63,136 nt of DNA, filler included, from Asterionella formosa (GCA_002256025.1; 19 parts of 19 records of this genome joined end to end with filler, not necessarily neighbours in it), one strand, 5' to 3'; numbered from the whole stretch's first letter, positions 34,406 to 48,387 are shown. The notes: a model not told the origin generated them from the sequence alone. Made by a program: numbers and translations.

Positions 34406-35379
34406 GAAAGATACTTTACTTCGTGAAGAAAATATCGCCAGTATGCGCCAACGCATGTCGTGAATTGTCACAGCACCTCGACAACCCAGGCGAAACGCAC
34501 TGGCAAGCATTGGAACGCCTACTCGGGTATTTGTGTCTACATGGGGACATNNNNNNNNNNNNNNNNNNNNNNNNNNNNNNNNNNNNNNNNNNNNTTAATT
34601 AATTAANNNNNNNNNNNNNNNNNNNNNNNNNNNNNNNNNNNNNNNNNNNNAAAAGGTTGTGAAGAAGGTAGTTTTTGCAGTATTTGGGGTGAGGGGAGTT
34701 TGTCTTCTAGGGGTCATGTACATGTAGTGCTAAGGACCTAATCTAGAGTCTAGAGACCATTATGAACTGCTTATGAATACACTTAGTACTACCTGGTACC
34801 GTTACAGTTCAAGGTTCACTACGGTATGCTGTCCGCAATCTATTTATGAGAGAACATTGAAAATTAACTTCGTCTGGTAAAATACGACCGGTATACTCCT
34901 ACGAGTATGACATACCGGTACTCGGACCTGTCCATATTTTTGTGAATGGTTCACATACATTGTTGATTAATTAATATGTGTTTTGTATACACACATGCGG
35001 ACAAATATTCGCAAAAGTCGGACTTTCCCGGAACTCCCAGGGTGTACAATCATACACGCCACGCAGTAGGATGCTGGATCGCAAGACGAAGTTGTATTCC
35101 ATATGACTATAAATATATATGTATACAAGATCCTGTATGTAGAAAACAAGGTTGACAAAAGTACCATGACAGCAAAAGAAAGCATGTGCCGATATAGTAG
35201 AGTAACTGGTACATGGTACTGGAACCTGTTTCATGATGGTACATTCACAACATTGCTGACCCTTCTTTATATATTGACAGAAGGTTCTCCTCTCCTTTCC
35301 TCTCCTTTCCTCTCCTTTCCTCTCACTTCCATTGTCTTGTACTCACAACCAGGTACCCACCACCAACAGGTAGAAAACA

Positions 35380-36459
35380 ATGAAGGTTTGGTTCCAGTTG
35401 TTTCTTGGAAACGCAGGACTATTGCCAGTTTATGTCACGTTGAATCAGAATGATGTCATTGCTGACTTGATGGAAGCTGTGAAGATTAAATGTGGTGACG
35501 ATCTTCAAGGTGTTTCCTCAGCGCGGCTCCGTGTGTGCCCACCTGGAACTCAAGTGCCGGTTCCTGAGGGAGCTGATGATCCAACCATGGATCCTGGAGG
35601 TCTGGTTGTTCATCTGAATTGGGGAACTAGCAGCAAGAATGCGTTCGTGATCGTGATCCTGATCGTGGTCATCCAACCTGATATTGGTACGTGTTTTGAT
35701 CTCATGGAATACCTTCTATTGTATTGTAGGTCACAGCTCCTAATACTCACGTATCATTTCGTATCATTTATCCCATACAAATACTCGCTACTGTTGAAAA
35801 GACCAAGGAACGACGAAACGCCAGAAACAAAATGATGAGCAGGAGGAAGCCTCGACCTTAATATTGCTTATAAAGGAGAAGCTCAACGTTCATTTCAAGC
35901 GCTTGAAGGTGGATCAGGAAAAGCGAATCGTTCCACAGACAATGCATATCTACAAGATTGATCGAAACGAGCTTCCTTTTGAACCTACTTTATCTGATTC
36001 TGACGATTCTTTACCTCCTTCTGATCCCATTGTTCCCGTCTTTTCCCCCGAAGATAGTTACTGGATGAAAGGGCTCCGAAAAGTGCGGTTTAATGATTGC
36101 AAGAGACGGGGAATCTTATATCGGCCTGAAATTGTGAAGGATATGATGAAAGCGGTTGAAGATGCCTTCAATATAGGTGGTCCGGCTGGAATCATGATTA
36201 AGGGACCGCAGGGAATTGGCAAGTCGCACTCACTTGTTAACTTGATTCGTACGCTGCAATATGACAGTAGCTGCAAGTACCTCGTAACTGTCATTCCAGA
36301 CTGTCAACATTGGAACGACATTGACCATTTGTACACTGCGATCTGCAGTTCATTTGGTACTTCATTATCGGCTCTCTCATGGTCGAGCAGCCCAGGTTCG
36401 GTTTCGCAAGAGGAACACCTCAAAACCTTTGTCAATGCGATTGACTTGATTCTTCGACG
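35380..36459 (+). CDS. Crinkler/RHS-like protein: N-terminal ubiquitin-like header plus P-loop NTPase (3' truncated), copy 1
   Basis: MKVWFQL...VIADLMEAVKIK...LQGVSSARLRV resembles CRN headers. A phase-1 intron at 35687-35801 joins it in frame to the ORF with Walker A IMIKGPQGIGKSHSL. Confidence 0.7.
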
Positions 36460-37055
36460 NNNNNNNNNNNNNNNNNNNNNNNNNNNNNNNNNNNNNNNNN
36501 NNNTTAATTAATTAANNNNNNNNNNNNNNNNNNNNNNNNNNNNNNNNNNNNNNNNNNNNGAGAACAAACAACGCCAAATTGGACACTGTCTCTGGTTTGA
36601 TTTTTCGATTAAGTTCTGGTTTTTCACATCCATCAGCAATATCGATAGGAATTTCGGCAAGATCCTTCTTTCCTTCTCGACCAATTTGGCGGATGAAAAA
36701 TAAACCCAAGCCGAACAAGACGCTATGACGTATCATGAAGAAAGCGTGCACGAACGAACCGACGTCGACAAATCTGTCATATTCGATGTCGAATGCTACC
36801 ATGAGAAATGGTTGCGTGATTTGGAAGGCTGTCATGAGACAAGGTGTATTGTCGAGAATAATTGTGATTGGAATACATGTTGACTCTGATCCAGTTACTG
36901 GAGCTTGAATTGTTTTGGGATGATGGTTGTTGGCGATGTTGAGCAAGAGTTAAATTCAATCATGCACACCCTCCCATGACCCTGGCTGTTCAAGCGACCC
37001 TCTTCTCGTAATGATCTCAGTTCGCTTTACTGGACGTGTACAGCATTTTCACGTA

Positions 37056-37149
37056 CCGCAAGTTGCGGTCATTTTGCTTAAACTAACACTTTAATCTGGG
37101 ATAAAGATAGCTAAATCTTTAGTTTCAGCAAAATTACCGCAACTTGCTG
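37056..37149. mobile_element. 96-bp MITE family, copy 2
   Basis: TA|CCGCAAGTTGCGGTCATTTTGC...GCAAAATTACCGCAACTTGCTG. Opposite orientation to copies 1 and 3; right flanking TA is missing. Confidence 0.82.
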
Positions 37150-37898
37150 CCCAAGATTGTAGTAAAGTACCTGGTACCAGGTACCCGGCAGTCTCCTTTC
37201 TTCCTCCGCCCGCCTCGCTCCGAACCAAGATCCGGTGAAGTCTGGTACCAGGTACCGGTAGACTACTAGGCACCAGGTACCAGGTACTTGTTGGTTATGC
37301 ATACCGTATACTCCGGAGTTCACTACCAAGCCTGTAAATCCCCGGAAACCCGGTACAACATTGGTATCCTTTTAATAAATTAATCACTCATTTACTTGTA
37401 AATCCGTCAGGGACGACTTGATTGCAAGCACTCATTCCTCTCTCTCACCTGTTGGTTATTGATCCCTCCTGAATCATCGGGAGCTGGATGTGCTCACCAT
37501 TGCAAACTGTGGAACTCGATCTGGATGATGGGGGATTATCGATTTGATGAAATTGTCGGATCTGCCTATTGATTTGTGAGGAGGTGAAAAAATATTTCGA
37601 AGTCGCAACTGTCGAAGGGCTCCAAAGACTAGACCACCTTACTCAAGTCAAGGTTTCTCAGATTGTAAACTACCGGTAATTGAAATTATTTCTATATTAT
37701 CAATTTTGCCAGCCAGTGGTCCTGCCAAATTCGATTCAAGACTTCTACCGTTACCGGTACTCGCGCTAATTTCGATCCCATTTCCAGTCCCATAAGTCAT
37801 TTCACGACTTGACTCATTAGACTTACAATATCAACCAAAGTCTTTATAACCTCACCATACAGCAAGCAACCTGGTGTACCATGATGGACAGTGGTATG

Positions 37899-38027
37899 CA
37901 TTTATATAGCAGGATACCGGTAATATGCTTACGAGCGGCACGGCCGAGATACTGGTACTAAATCTTGACTGGTCATTCCGGGGCAGTACTCTGGAGCGCG
38001 CTAGGAAGAAGCTCCATAAATTTCAAC
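37899..38027 (+). mobile_element. Old, diverged copy of the TRIM LTR (3' part)
   Basis: ATTTATATAGCAG...ATCTTGACTGGTCATTCCGGGGCAGTACTCTGGAGCGCGCTAG...TTTCAAC aligns with 33944-34052. Confidence 0.75.
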
Positions 38028-38467
38028 GCTGTTGGTACTGGTACCGGGCGGTAAATTCGAACAAGCAAGTATCATTACCGCTGTTTCATCCGCAAATCCT
38101 TATTCCCATCCTGTACACCATCCTTCATCACGGTGTCGCATTTTCGTTCCCTTCCACCACGCACCATCACAATAATCATCAGCCATTATCATCTACCGTT
38201 GCCAATGATTTTTTGATGTTAGCTCCCCGAAAGACACTGCGGTCGACACCAGCAACGCCAGTCTTGCAACTACTAAAGAATGGATCCCATTGACATCTTC
38301 TGATGTTGGTTGTGGCGATGCTTCACTCTTGATCCAATGGCAAGCCATGATTTGTTCTGACAACATTNNNNNNNNNNNNNNNNNNNNNNNNNNNNNNNNN
38401 NNNNNNNNNNNTTAATTAATTAANNNNNNNNNNNNNNNNNNNNNNNNNNNNNNNNNNNNNNNNNNNN

Positions 38468-40275
38468 AAAAAGGGATGGAAATTAAGTGGTGATGATGAT
38501 GCAATTGTGTTGACAATGAATGATAAAACAATAACATTTGACATCAAAATTCCAACTCCAAAGGGTCTGTTGTATGCCATGTACATGAAGAGGGTGGTGA
38601 CAGAAGTTGCTGGTGCAGGCGCAGATTGTGGTGCCAAATTATCTATTACAGAAATACATGATAAACTTGGACATGTAAATGAAGATATGGCAAGGAAGAA
38701 AGCCAGAGCTATTGGCTGGAACTTAACTGTAGGTGGCATGAGACCATGTGAAGCTTGCGCTGCAGGTAAGGCAAAGCAAAAGAATGTTCCCAAGGAAAGT
38801 GAACATGAAGAAGCAAAAGAAAACAATGAACAAATTTATTTGGACATTCCAACGGTGATTAGACAGGACAATGACAATTATAAAGGCATGAACGTAACTC
38901 GAGCAAATTGGAGAATTATGGTAGATGAAAGGACTCAAATGAAATTCACAGATTTTTTTGAGACAAAGAATGGAATGGTTGAACAAACGTGTGAGCAGTT
39001 GTATAAATGGAAGGCAAGTGGAATACCAGTGAAGTTCATAAGGCTCGATAATTCAGGAGAGAACCAATTGCTTAAGATTCGTGCAGTTTGAATTTACAGG
39101 AAGAGCCACTCCGCAACGTAACCATTTGGCTGAGTTGGGTTTTGCAGTAATTGCAAACCGTGGTCGTGCTATGATGCACAGAGCAAATGTACCATTGACT
39201 GATAGGTACAAACTGTTCAAAGAAGCATTTAAAACAGCAACATTGTTGGATGGTTCAGTTGTAATAACAATTGACGGAAAAGAAGCAACAAGATATGAAC
39301 ATTGGTGTGGCAAGAACCCAGATTTTACTGCACATTTGAGGGTGTGGGGAGAAGCTGGAACAGTCACTATTAAATCAAATATGAACACATAGGTGAAAGA
39401 CAGAGGTGTACATTGTATGATGGTGGGATACGCTCTGAACCATGCTGGAGATACATACAGAATGTGGGACAAAAATACAATCGAGTGCATGAAACACGAG
39501 ATATCATTTGGTTGCGCCAAATGTATTTTGAGAAGCCAATCATCAATCAGGATCTGGCAATTGCACCCGTGATTGATGATGATTATGAAGTTGAAAAAGA
39601 ACCTACCATTAAAGTTGGGGAGGGATTAGATGAAAATGACGAGCAAGAAGACCAGCTACCACAAGATGATGATAATGACACTGGTGGTGAAGTAGCTGAA
39701 AGTCCGAATACAGAAACACAAGTGGTGACAAGGACTGGAAGGCGCATTAAAAATCGATCAAGATTGATTGAAGAAATGGGTACTTTTGTAAGCGACTATC
39801 AGATTTGTTTGACTGATGCAGAAGTGAAATATTATGAAGCAATGAAATAATTAGAAGAAGTTCAACATGAATTTGGATTTGTAGGTGCTGGACTTGGTGG
39901 TGGATTTGAAAACACAGCAGAACTACATGTGATGAAATATGATGCAGCAATGAAGACAAAGGATGTGGCTGCATGGAAAGTTGCTGTAGATGAAGAACAT
40001 GATTGTATGGTGAACAATAATGTTTGGAAACCAATTGACAGAGCAGAGATTCCAAGTAATTCAAAAGTACTGACTTCAACGTGGGCAATGAAGAAGAAAG
40101 CAAGCGGAAAATTTCGAGCTAGGCTGAATGCAAGAGGATTTGAACAAGTAGATGGTATTCATTGTGACAAGAATACAAAATCAGCTCCAGTCACAAATGA
40201 AATTACAATTAGAATTGTATTCATTTTGATGGTAATGGGAAGGCTGTATGCTGAATTATTGGATGTTCAAGGTGC
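38468..40275 (+). mobile_element. Ty1/copia pol fragment (pre-integrase HHCC, integrase, RT start), degenerate
   Basis: HDKLGH...CEACAAGK, VDERT, IRLDNSGEN, TPQRNHLAE, FRARLNARGFEQVDG, LLDVQG. Frameshift near 39080; stops at 39392 and 39850. Confidence 0.93.
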
Positions 40276-40884
40276 NNNNNNNNNNNNNNNNNNNNNNNNN
40301 NNNNNNNNNNNNNNNNNNNTTAATTAATTAANNNNNNNNNNNNNNNNNNNNNNNNNNNNNNNNNNNNNNNNNNNNTTGAGGTATTGAAGACCAGTGTGTG
40401 CTCATTCTGATAGAGGATGCACAGTAGAAAGTATGGGTAACCAGAAGTAGAATATTTGAGTATTAAATAGCAATCCATTTAATTCGATTTGTTTTCATCA
40501 TTAATCGAACATGATAATAGGTTTGATCAATGAGAGAAATTAGTCAGATCAGTAGTAATGAATGTTAGATCGAAAGCTAAAATTTTATTTGATCTTAGCA
40601 TTCCAAAGGTTAGATCGAATCAATAACTGATTTGATCTCACGATTACTATCTTTCGATCGACCACCAAAACATTAGTTGATAATAAGAGCGAGAGTGCTG
40701 TATTGATCAGAAGCATATCGTATGATCTATTGATTTGAAACTAATTGATATATATATATATGATGAGTGTATACTTAATGTGATTCGTTATTAATGTTAC
40801 AAATGCAATCAATTACATATTACTTAGTATGTATATGATCTATGGTAATTATACTATGTAAGATCAATGCAACAATATTAATCA

Positions 40885-40955
40885 ATCAATCAGTATTTTT
40901 GTATGATCAATCAGTATTTTTGTATGATCAATCAGGTTTTTTGTATGATCAATCA
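40885..40955. repeat. 21-bp minisatellite, about 3.4 copies
   Basis: ATCAATCAGTATTTTTGTATG repeated. Confidence 0.85.
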
Positions 40956-41084
40956 AAAAATGGTACATCGTACTGAGAATTTTTGGGGCAGTGGGTCTTT
41001 CAGCAAAACTGTTAGGCCTAACGGTTTTTTATTTACAGACGATATTATCGTCAATTGATTTAATTCCGATGTCTCTTTTAGCGC

Positions 41085-41471
41085 CACGATTGGTGGATGC
41101 TAGTATGCCTATGTATAAAATACTACGAGCATTATTTGATAGTGGAGCATCCTAATCCTTAATACATGAACAGGCAGGTTATGCCTCAAGGTATTTCTTC
41201 GTCTAACAAGACTTCCCAATTAATACATAACATAGCTGGTACTTATTCATCTCATGCCAGTGTTATTTTACATAACCTGATTCTACCTGAATTTAATCGA
41301 TCTGCTCGAATTTTACAACAAAAGTGTCAAGTTTTTAATGGAATATGCACATTTGATGCTATTTTAGGACGTGATTTCCTTCGTCAAGTTGGTTTAACCA
41401 TTGATTTCGTAAATAATACCATGTCCTGTATGGAAATTATTGTTCCTATGCATCCCCTCACATTTCTTTGA
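41085..41471 (+). mobile_element. Ty3/gypsy-type retropepsin remnant
   Basis: LRALFDSGAS* then FDAILGRDFLRQVGLTIDF. Confidence 0.75.
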
Positions 41472-42280
41472 TGACGGAGAACGTTTACGTGATGTATTGT
41501 TGTATTTTGATGCACCCATGAGAGGCACTATATAGGACAGCCTAACCCCATTGCCACACATAGCTATACTTTCAACAAAGTGACCGCTATATTTATATAG
41601 CAAATATATACGTAGTGTAGCTTGTCCCACACATATGTTCTTGCCATTCCGAAGAAGTGTAAATATTTATGAGGGTACCAGAACCATTATTCAATAGCTG
41701 ATTCCAATGTCGTACATCAACAATGGTTGTCGAAATGAGTCCAATGATGTTGATAAACTTCTCCGTTATTGGGGCGTTTCAAATGATCCCTGTATTTTTA
41801 CTAATATTGTTGGTGCTGGTATTGATACAGAAGAAAAGAGGAACATGCTTCTCTGCACCATTACGGCCCCATTTGAGAAGCACCGCCAAAATTGGGAAAC
41901 TTTTTTCCTGACAAGCCGATGGAATTCGTCATACCTGGTGTCATTCCAAATAAAGATCAGCGTAGTAATAGGTACAGTTTCACAGTACCGAGTATTCGAA
42001 TTCCTGTTAAGTCTTGTATATTTTATCTAATCATACAAACTTGTAGGGTTTTAAATGTTCCTTCAAAAAGTTACTAGACATACAGAGATGTATGTTATAC
42101 ACACTTTTTGAAGAAGAGGAAATGTTCAGGTATTGTTAAGAAATTCATGCCGGTAGTGCATTCTATTCCACATAACAAACNNNNNNNNNNNNNNNNNNNN
42201 NNNNNNNNNNNNNNNNNNNNNNNNTTAATTAATTAANNNNNNNNNNNNNNNNNNNNNNNNNNNNNNNNNNNNNNNNNNNN

Positions 42281-44000
42281 GATTGTGTTCACTTGAATCA
42301 AGGATAGGACACATAATCTCTTCTTGTCTAATCTCCCTGAATGCTGCAGCAGTTACACTGCCATCATTAACTTCTTTCCTTGAATGATTAGATGCACTAC
42401 CGCAAAACATAGTTTCACTATGTATTCCAGGAACTCGATGTTCTTGCATGCAATGTCGACAGTGACCATATGCATAAAGAACACGGTTGCTACAATTTCG
42501 ATTGTGAGACTCCGATGGGGGTTTGTTCTTCCGAAATTTGTAGTTACACAGAAAACAAAATTGCAATGTGCGCAAAGACCTTGCAAATTGCAAATGATGA
42601 CCAAGTCAGGATATGAAAAGGATAGAATGAAAATGAATTAATATATAATAATAAATTGAGCGCCACTTCGAACATGCTGTGCTGAAAAATACAGAGTCGT
42701 GAAATTATCACTCCACCATAGTAGTAAAAATGGAGGTATACCGCTACAAGTAGTACAGGCGGCGGCACTAATAGTCATAGTAGTATAGAGCAGATTCAAT
42801 GTTTTCCTATCATCTATGATATGGCTTGCATTGTAGAAGTCTCACACTTACTATAATTATTATGTAACTACTAAGTATGCATTGCTGGATTCTATTAGAT
42901 CCATTCAAAATCAACATCGTGATCAATGTCCTGTTGATTAATGCAGTTCATTATAATCAATATTCTTTTCAAGAACATTTGGTTGAAGTGATTCAACAAA
43001 TTGATGCATATCCTCTTCACTTACATTGGGAAATGAGAAGTATGAGTGTGGGTAGTTCTCACAATCGAAATTTTAGCAACCGTGTTTTTTATGCATATGG
43101 TCACTGTCGACATTGCATGCAAGAACATCGAGTTCCTGGAATACATAGTGAAACTATGTTTTGCGGTAGTGCATCTAATCATTCAAGGAAAGAAGTTAAT
43201 GATGGCAGTGTAACTGCTGCAGCATTCAGGGAGATTAGACAAGAAGAGATTATGTGTCCTATCCTTGATTCAAGTGACCACAATCATCCACTTCATGACG
43301 ACAGCGACAATTCAGTTTATAACAATATTCATTCACAACAGGACGAACAATTGATACTAAAAACTCTCCAAGGGTTGAATTTTGCATAGATCTTCTTGAA
43401 TTCGATGTCATGATCTAGCTCAGAATTTTTCTTGAATATCGGATCTTTTAGAAATGCAATAGTTTCTCTGCTTTTATGATGTTCATGTTGATGTTCTGGA
43501 CGAATAGTGAGATATGCTTCTTGGTTTTGCAACTTTTCAACCATTTCTACTTCTGAAGTGTTGTCTGCCACATTTCCGCCGATATTTTCATTCTTCGCAT
43601 GAATTTGTTCATCAAATGAATGAGAATCACTGAGTTCTTCTTCATTATCAGCGATTTCAGGAAAGTGAGGAGCAAAATACGACACTGGATGGAACTGTGA
43701 TTCTGTACGAATAGAGTCTTCATCCACGAAGACCAAATGTTTGGGTTTCCTCTTCGAAAGCAATCTTTTCTTTCTTTTCAATCTCAGCCACTATTGTATC
43801 GGCATACTTCATTATTTTTTCTATTCAAATTCATTTGATGTTTGAGTGTATTCAAAGGAATCTTCGATTGATTGATTTCATAAGTTTCTTCATCTTCTTT
43901 TCCGAAAACATAAAGTCGTGTAGTGTTAACAATGGAAGTAAGTCTCGTTTCTTGTTTGACTGATCCTTTCCATGAAATCCATGAAATGCCATTTGGAAAG
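42281..44000. mobile_element. Rearranged copy of the Plavaka-type element (transposase 5' region plus cargo ORF) with an internal inversion
   Basis: 42281-43050 matches 9211-9715. 43057-43385 is an inverted copy of the transposase 5' region. 43387-44000 matches 55722-56358. Confidence 0.8.
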
Positions 44001-44548
44001 TTGTCAAAGGGCCAGAAGACAATTATGTTAAACAGTGGAAGGGAAACGCGGAGCTTTTTGCGGAGCTTATTGCAGCGCTTGTGGAGGNNNNNNNNNNNNN
44101 NNNNNNNNNNNNNNNNNNNNNNNNNNNNNNNTTAATTAATTAANNNNNNNNNNNNNNNNNNNNNNNNNNNNNNNNNNNNNNNNNNNNTATGCTGAAAATA
44201 GTGGATTTTTCCGGGCTAACTCGTTTATTTGGCCTAGTAAAAAAACCGAAGTTCCTTTCTGCAGTTTCTCGCCGAAAGTTAACTTCTGGGGCTATATGAA
44301 GATTACCTAGCTATGTACTTAACTCTTCTTCAAACCCTGCCAACGTTGAGCTATTGTCGTCCAAAAATTCGACAATATCGGCCTTTTCAACGGTCAACAA
44401 AACGTCGAAATCAGAATCACTAATCGCTGAAACATCATCATCGGACGGAATAGGAGTCTTGTGATTCGATTTTTCGTCTTACAATCGCCTTTACAAAAAA
44501 TTCCATTGTAAGTGCACGCTTCACTATAAATATTTTGATTGGTCAAGT

Positions 44549-45994
44549 TCAATTACTTACCGACAATTGATTGGGCTGTTTTGCGCGGTCTTGCAAACCC
44601 AAGCTGGCCACACTGGATGCACATGTAACATTTTCTTGGGTGTTGGCCGGTACAATATCCACAGTAGTAGGTAGCTGATCATCATTGATCATACGCATAC
44701 CAGTGTGATCAGGCACTTTGCCTGCCGGTACATTGAATGGACAGAGTGCGCTGCTTTTCCTTTGATGATCATTGCGGCCACAATGATTGCAGACAATTGT
44801 TCCTTTCCTTTTTGTTTCCTGATGTTCCCTTCTGGTGAGCGCAACACCAGAACCGTAAGTCTTACCTGATTTGTTATCTTGCCTTTCCTGTTTGACTGTT
44901 TCGAATTGTGCTGCATGTATTTTTTCGCTTCGTTTCCTCTTTCGTTTGAATTGTGCTTTATAGGCTCCATCGTGCGTCACTTCGTCGCTTTTCTTTTTTT
45001 CTCCAGAAGGATTCTTGCAGTGCTGACATCTGCATTCCACAGTGCTTGTATACATTCCTTGTATATTGTGTTGCTCCTTGTGTGTGTTGCCCAGCAACCG
45101 AAGCCACTCAATACTGAAGGCCTCCAGATCCCGCAAACACCTTGTTTTTTGGACATCGTCGCGACACTGCATTGTTCATTGCCTCATGAATCTGCGTGTC
45201 AAAGGGATGATGCAACGATAGTAGCTTTTCGCCTTTGACTTTTGTTGCAACATGCAGCATTAACCATTCATATAAATCTTTTTCCTTTTCCTTGTCATGA
45301 TATTTTCCGTTACTAACCATTTTTCCTGCTTTTACAGGGCACCATGTCTCAGAGCAGTAGTCATGGCAGCCAAATAAATGATTGATTGGTGCCTTGGTGG
45401 AAATACTAAATTCGGCCAGAGAGAGGTTCCGGTTTTTTTAATCCAAGCGCCATAGTAAACTTTCAACCGGAGACAATCTGCTTTTGAGGGACGCTCGAGG
45501 GAGACTGGGCCATTGGATTTCATAAAAGCTGGGCGGAGAAGGACTCGTACTCTGTGGGATGGGTCAGACAGAAATGTAGGTTCGGGTACAGTCAGTGGAA
45601 GGCATCCTTTGTCCGATTTTTTTAATCCTTTCAATGTTCTTGGCCATTGGAAGGATGGCTGTAGTTTCAATAACTCCTTATAGGACCACTTAGAAACAGC
45701 TCGAATAGTAGAATCATCATCACAGATGATTGTAGAGTAGATAACATTGTTTTTCATTACTGCATCAATCATCATTTCTACACCAGCATCTGGTTCCATT
45801 GCTTTCGAACTACCAGTTACATGATTCTTGGGACAAACATGTTCCTTGATTGGTTTCTTGTACCGTGTAGCCCTGTCGCACACATTACAGACCTTAGATT
45901 TCACTCTGTAGTCTAGTATCTTTTTCGTGTAGCCGCCAATACAAAAAGCATGTCCACTTACAGAGTTGTACTTATTCCCGCTGGAACGCTGCTG
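44549..45994 (-). mobile_element. Mutator-like (PF20700/Phantom-type) DDE transposase, pseudogenised
   Basis: QRSSGNKYNSVSGHAFCIG...KILD, SKVCNVC, HVCPKNHVTGSSKAME, IICDDDS, DPSHR, HDYCSETWC, HPFDTQIHEAMN, C-terminal CNHCGRNDH knuckle. Frameshift in the T run near 45435 and a stop at 45108. Confidence 0.85.
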
Positions 45995-47154
45995 NNNNNN
46001 NNNNNNNNNNNNNNNNNNNNNNNNNNNNNNNNNNNNNNTTAATTAATTAANNNNNNNNNNNNNNNNNNNNNNNNNNNNNNNNNNNNNNNNNNNNACAACT
46101 GGGTTCCAAAAAGACGACATTTTTGTTGTCATGCTTCTTCAGCCAATGCAATGTGAGATGAATCAATTGCGACGCATTTTCTTCCGTGCAAAAGTATTGG
46201 CCCCACTGAGAGGATTCTTGCCACGACAATATCCAGAAACGATACGCCTTGCTGCTGCTTTGATGTGTTCTCTGTTTCATTTCGTATATCGAAACCACTC
46301 TTCTTGAGGTAATTGCAAGTTGGACTTCATTTTTATCTGTCCATCCGTTTGTGGATGCTTGTGGAGCAACAAACAGATCCTGGACTAGGAGGTGATACAT
46401 CGTACGTGTAAATTCGCTATTGTTGATGATATCCCTTGTGGTCACATGATCTTACGTCGATGTTCTGCTTCGTGGGTTCATCAACACAAGTTCACCAACT
46501 GTTTCTTGAAAGTGTACCAATTCCTCATCATTGTATTCCCTTATCATATTCATTTCCGACTAATTTGGGGCAACGATTTGATAATGTTAGATTTGGTTGA
46601 TGTTGTATTAATACTAGGTGCCTCTCTGACTCAATTGGAAAATGATATAGCAATGACTCTGCAGTGATTCTTTCAACCAAATCGCAATGGCCGAATAGCA
46701 CATCAAGCATAAACAAATTATTGTTTGACGAATCAGCCAAGGCCGGAATTTTACTACTGTAACGAGTAAAAGTACCGATCGACATTCATTGATGAGGCCT
46801 TCGATTATTTTACCGTTTTATATGATAAAAGATGTTCCGGGGGCTGTTTCCTTTCCTTTTATCTTATTGGCTAAAGCAAAACCGCTGAGCAACTCATTTT
46901 CGAAAAGATGTCTCGAATGACTGTTTTCTATTTAAATAACCCATTTAAGTCGTTTGGAATTGTCCTCTCGTCCGGTGCTGCTTAAAGGCAACCTAATTTT
47001 CGGCGCCCTGCTAGTCGGAGTAACTGGTACTCCCTACCAGGTACCCAATGTACAGTGACACACACGCATTCTTGCTAATCACCATCAAGTACTGGCATTA
47101 GCTACAGGTACCCTGGCACCTTTCGCTATTTTAATACCGGTATCCATGTGAGTA

Positions 47155-47362
47155 AGCGCGATGTTCAATTCGGGATCGGAAGTGCATACAGGTAAAATCA
47201 GCAATTTTCAATCGATGCATTTATGATATAAGGGACGATAAATGTCGTCTGTACATACCCTAGTACAAGATAACCAGGTGCACACCATCGTACTGACAAC
47301 TATTAAAATGTATCGGCGATTCGGACAAGAAGCATTTCCGATCCCGAATTGGTTGTCGCGCT
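47155..47362. mobile_element. ~208-bp MITE with ~31-bp terminal inverted repeats (possibly Tourist/Harbinger-type)
   Basis: AGCGCGATGTTCAATTCGGGATCGGAAGTGC ... GCATTTCCGATCCCGAATTGGTTGTCGCGCT. TAA/TTA close to both ends. Single copy in this window. Confidence 0.65.
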
Positions 47363-48000
47363 CTTAAAGTTACCAGATGGGCTTTCAAGGGAATTTTGAC
47401 AGTTTGACAGAGCTGGTGTATCATGTCTTATTTAGGTAGGTTCATTTCTTAAGTAGCTCATTCCTTGCCTCAGGAATTGCTATATAGATACTATCACTTG
47501 TGACCTCCTGTTATAAATTTGATAGGAGGAAAAAGCTGACTTGTGACATTCTTGTCAGGAAACATTGTTACTGGTATTACATAAAGAAAAAAGAATGCAC
47601 GAGTTGTGTGCCACGTTTCTGAATGAATAGGTTTGACCCTAAATTTGAGGGCCAATCAAAAATAAGCATTACGTTAAATTCGTACGAATTCGAATTTAGG
47701 ATTTTGAAGCAAGGAATGTTAAGAAAACTTTCTCCTGGGGGTCTTTTGAAAAACGAACTTTCGGTATTATCTCGTGTTTCATTCATAATTAGGAGACGAT
47801 CCAGCATTAAGCCTTTGTTCCAACCTAAATTGATTCTTGTTATTACTCAACAGTTGCGCTTTGGTGGAAAGAATCACTGCAGAGTGATTGCTATATCACT
47901 NNNNNNNNNNNNNNNNNNNNNNNNNNNNNNNNNNNNNNNNNNNNTTAATTAATTAANNNNNNNNNNNNNNNNNNNNNNNNNNNNNNNNNNNNNNNNNNNN

Positions 48001-48387
48001 CAACAATGATTGGAACCATTGCAACCGGAAGGATTTGGTTGCTCGATGGGCACAGATTTCCAAGCATCCGGTCTGAATGCAAGCCATGGAAAAGGCATAA
48101 ATACCGACAATCATAAAGGTATACGCCCGATTGCGAACTTGCTCGAGGCCATTGGTCTGTGCACCTGCAATTTTAGAGAAAGAGCTGGCGATAAGGTAGG
48201 CAAGGATGGGGAAGACCATCCCATTTCCCACGCCTGCAATGCATCCCACCACAAACAGAGCCCGGACTCGAGTCCCCAGTGACCAAACAAATCCGAGGAC
48301 ATCAGAGACGCTGGCCATCGGCTCGCTTGCCTTCTTCTTCTTGTCACTGTCGGATTCCGACGGAGAAGTTTCTGGAGGAGCACTCAT
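48001..48387 (-). CDS. ABCB (MDR/P-glycoprotein-type) transporter, N-terminal fragment
   Basis: MSAPPE..., LFVVGCIAGVGNGMVFPILAYL, FMIVGIYAF...IQTGCLEICAHRATKSFRLQWFQSLL (TMD1). Cut by the contig edge. Confidence 0.88.

Noticed and set aside
36560..36946. ORF at a contig edge
   Set aside because: No recognisable domain; part may be a real exon but I cannot support it.
44188..44549. Fanzor/TnpB omega-RNA locus
   Set aside because: No RuvC or Fanzor motifs were seen in the window; the adjacent ORF is a Mutator-like DDE transposase.
46095..46785. Broken minus-strand ORFs
   Set aside because: No family recognised.
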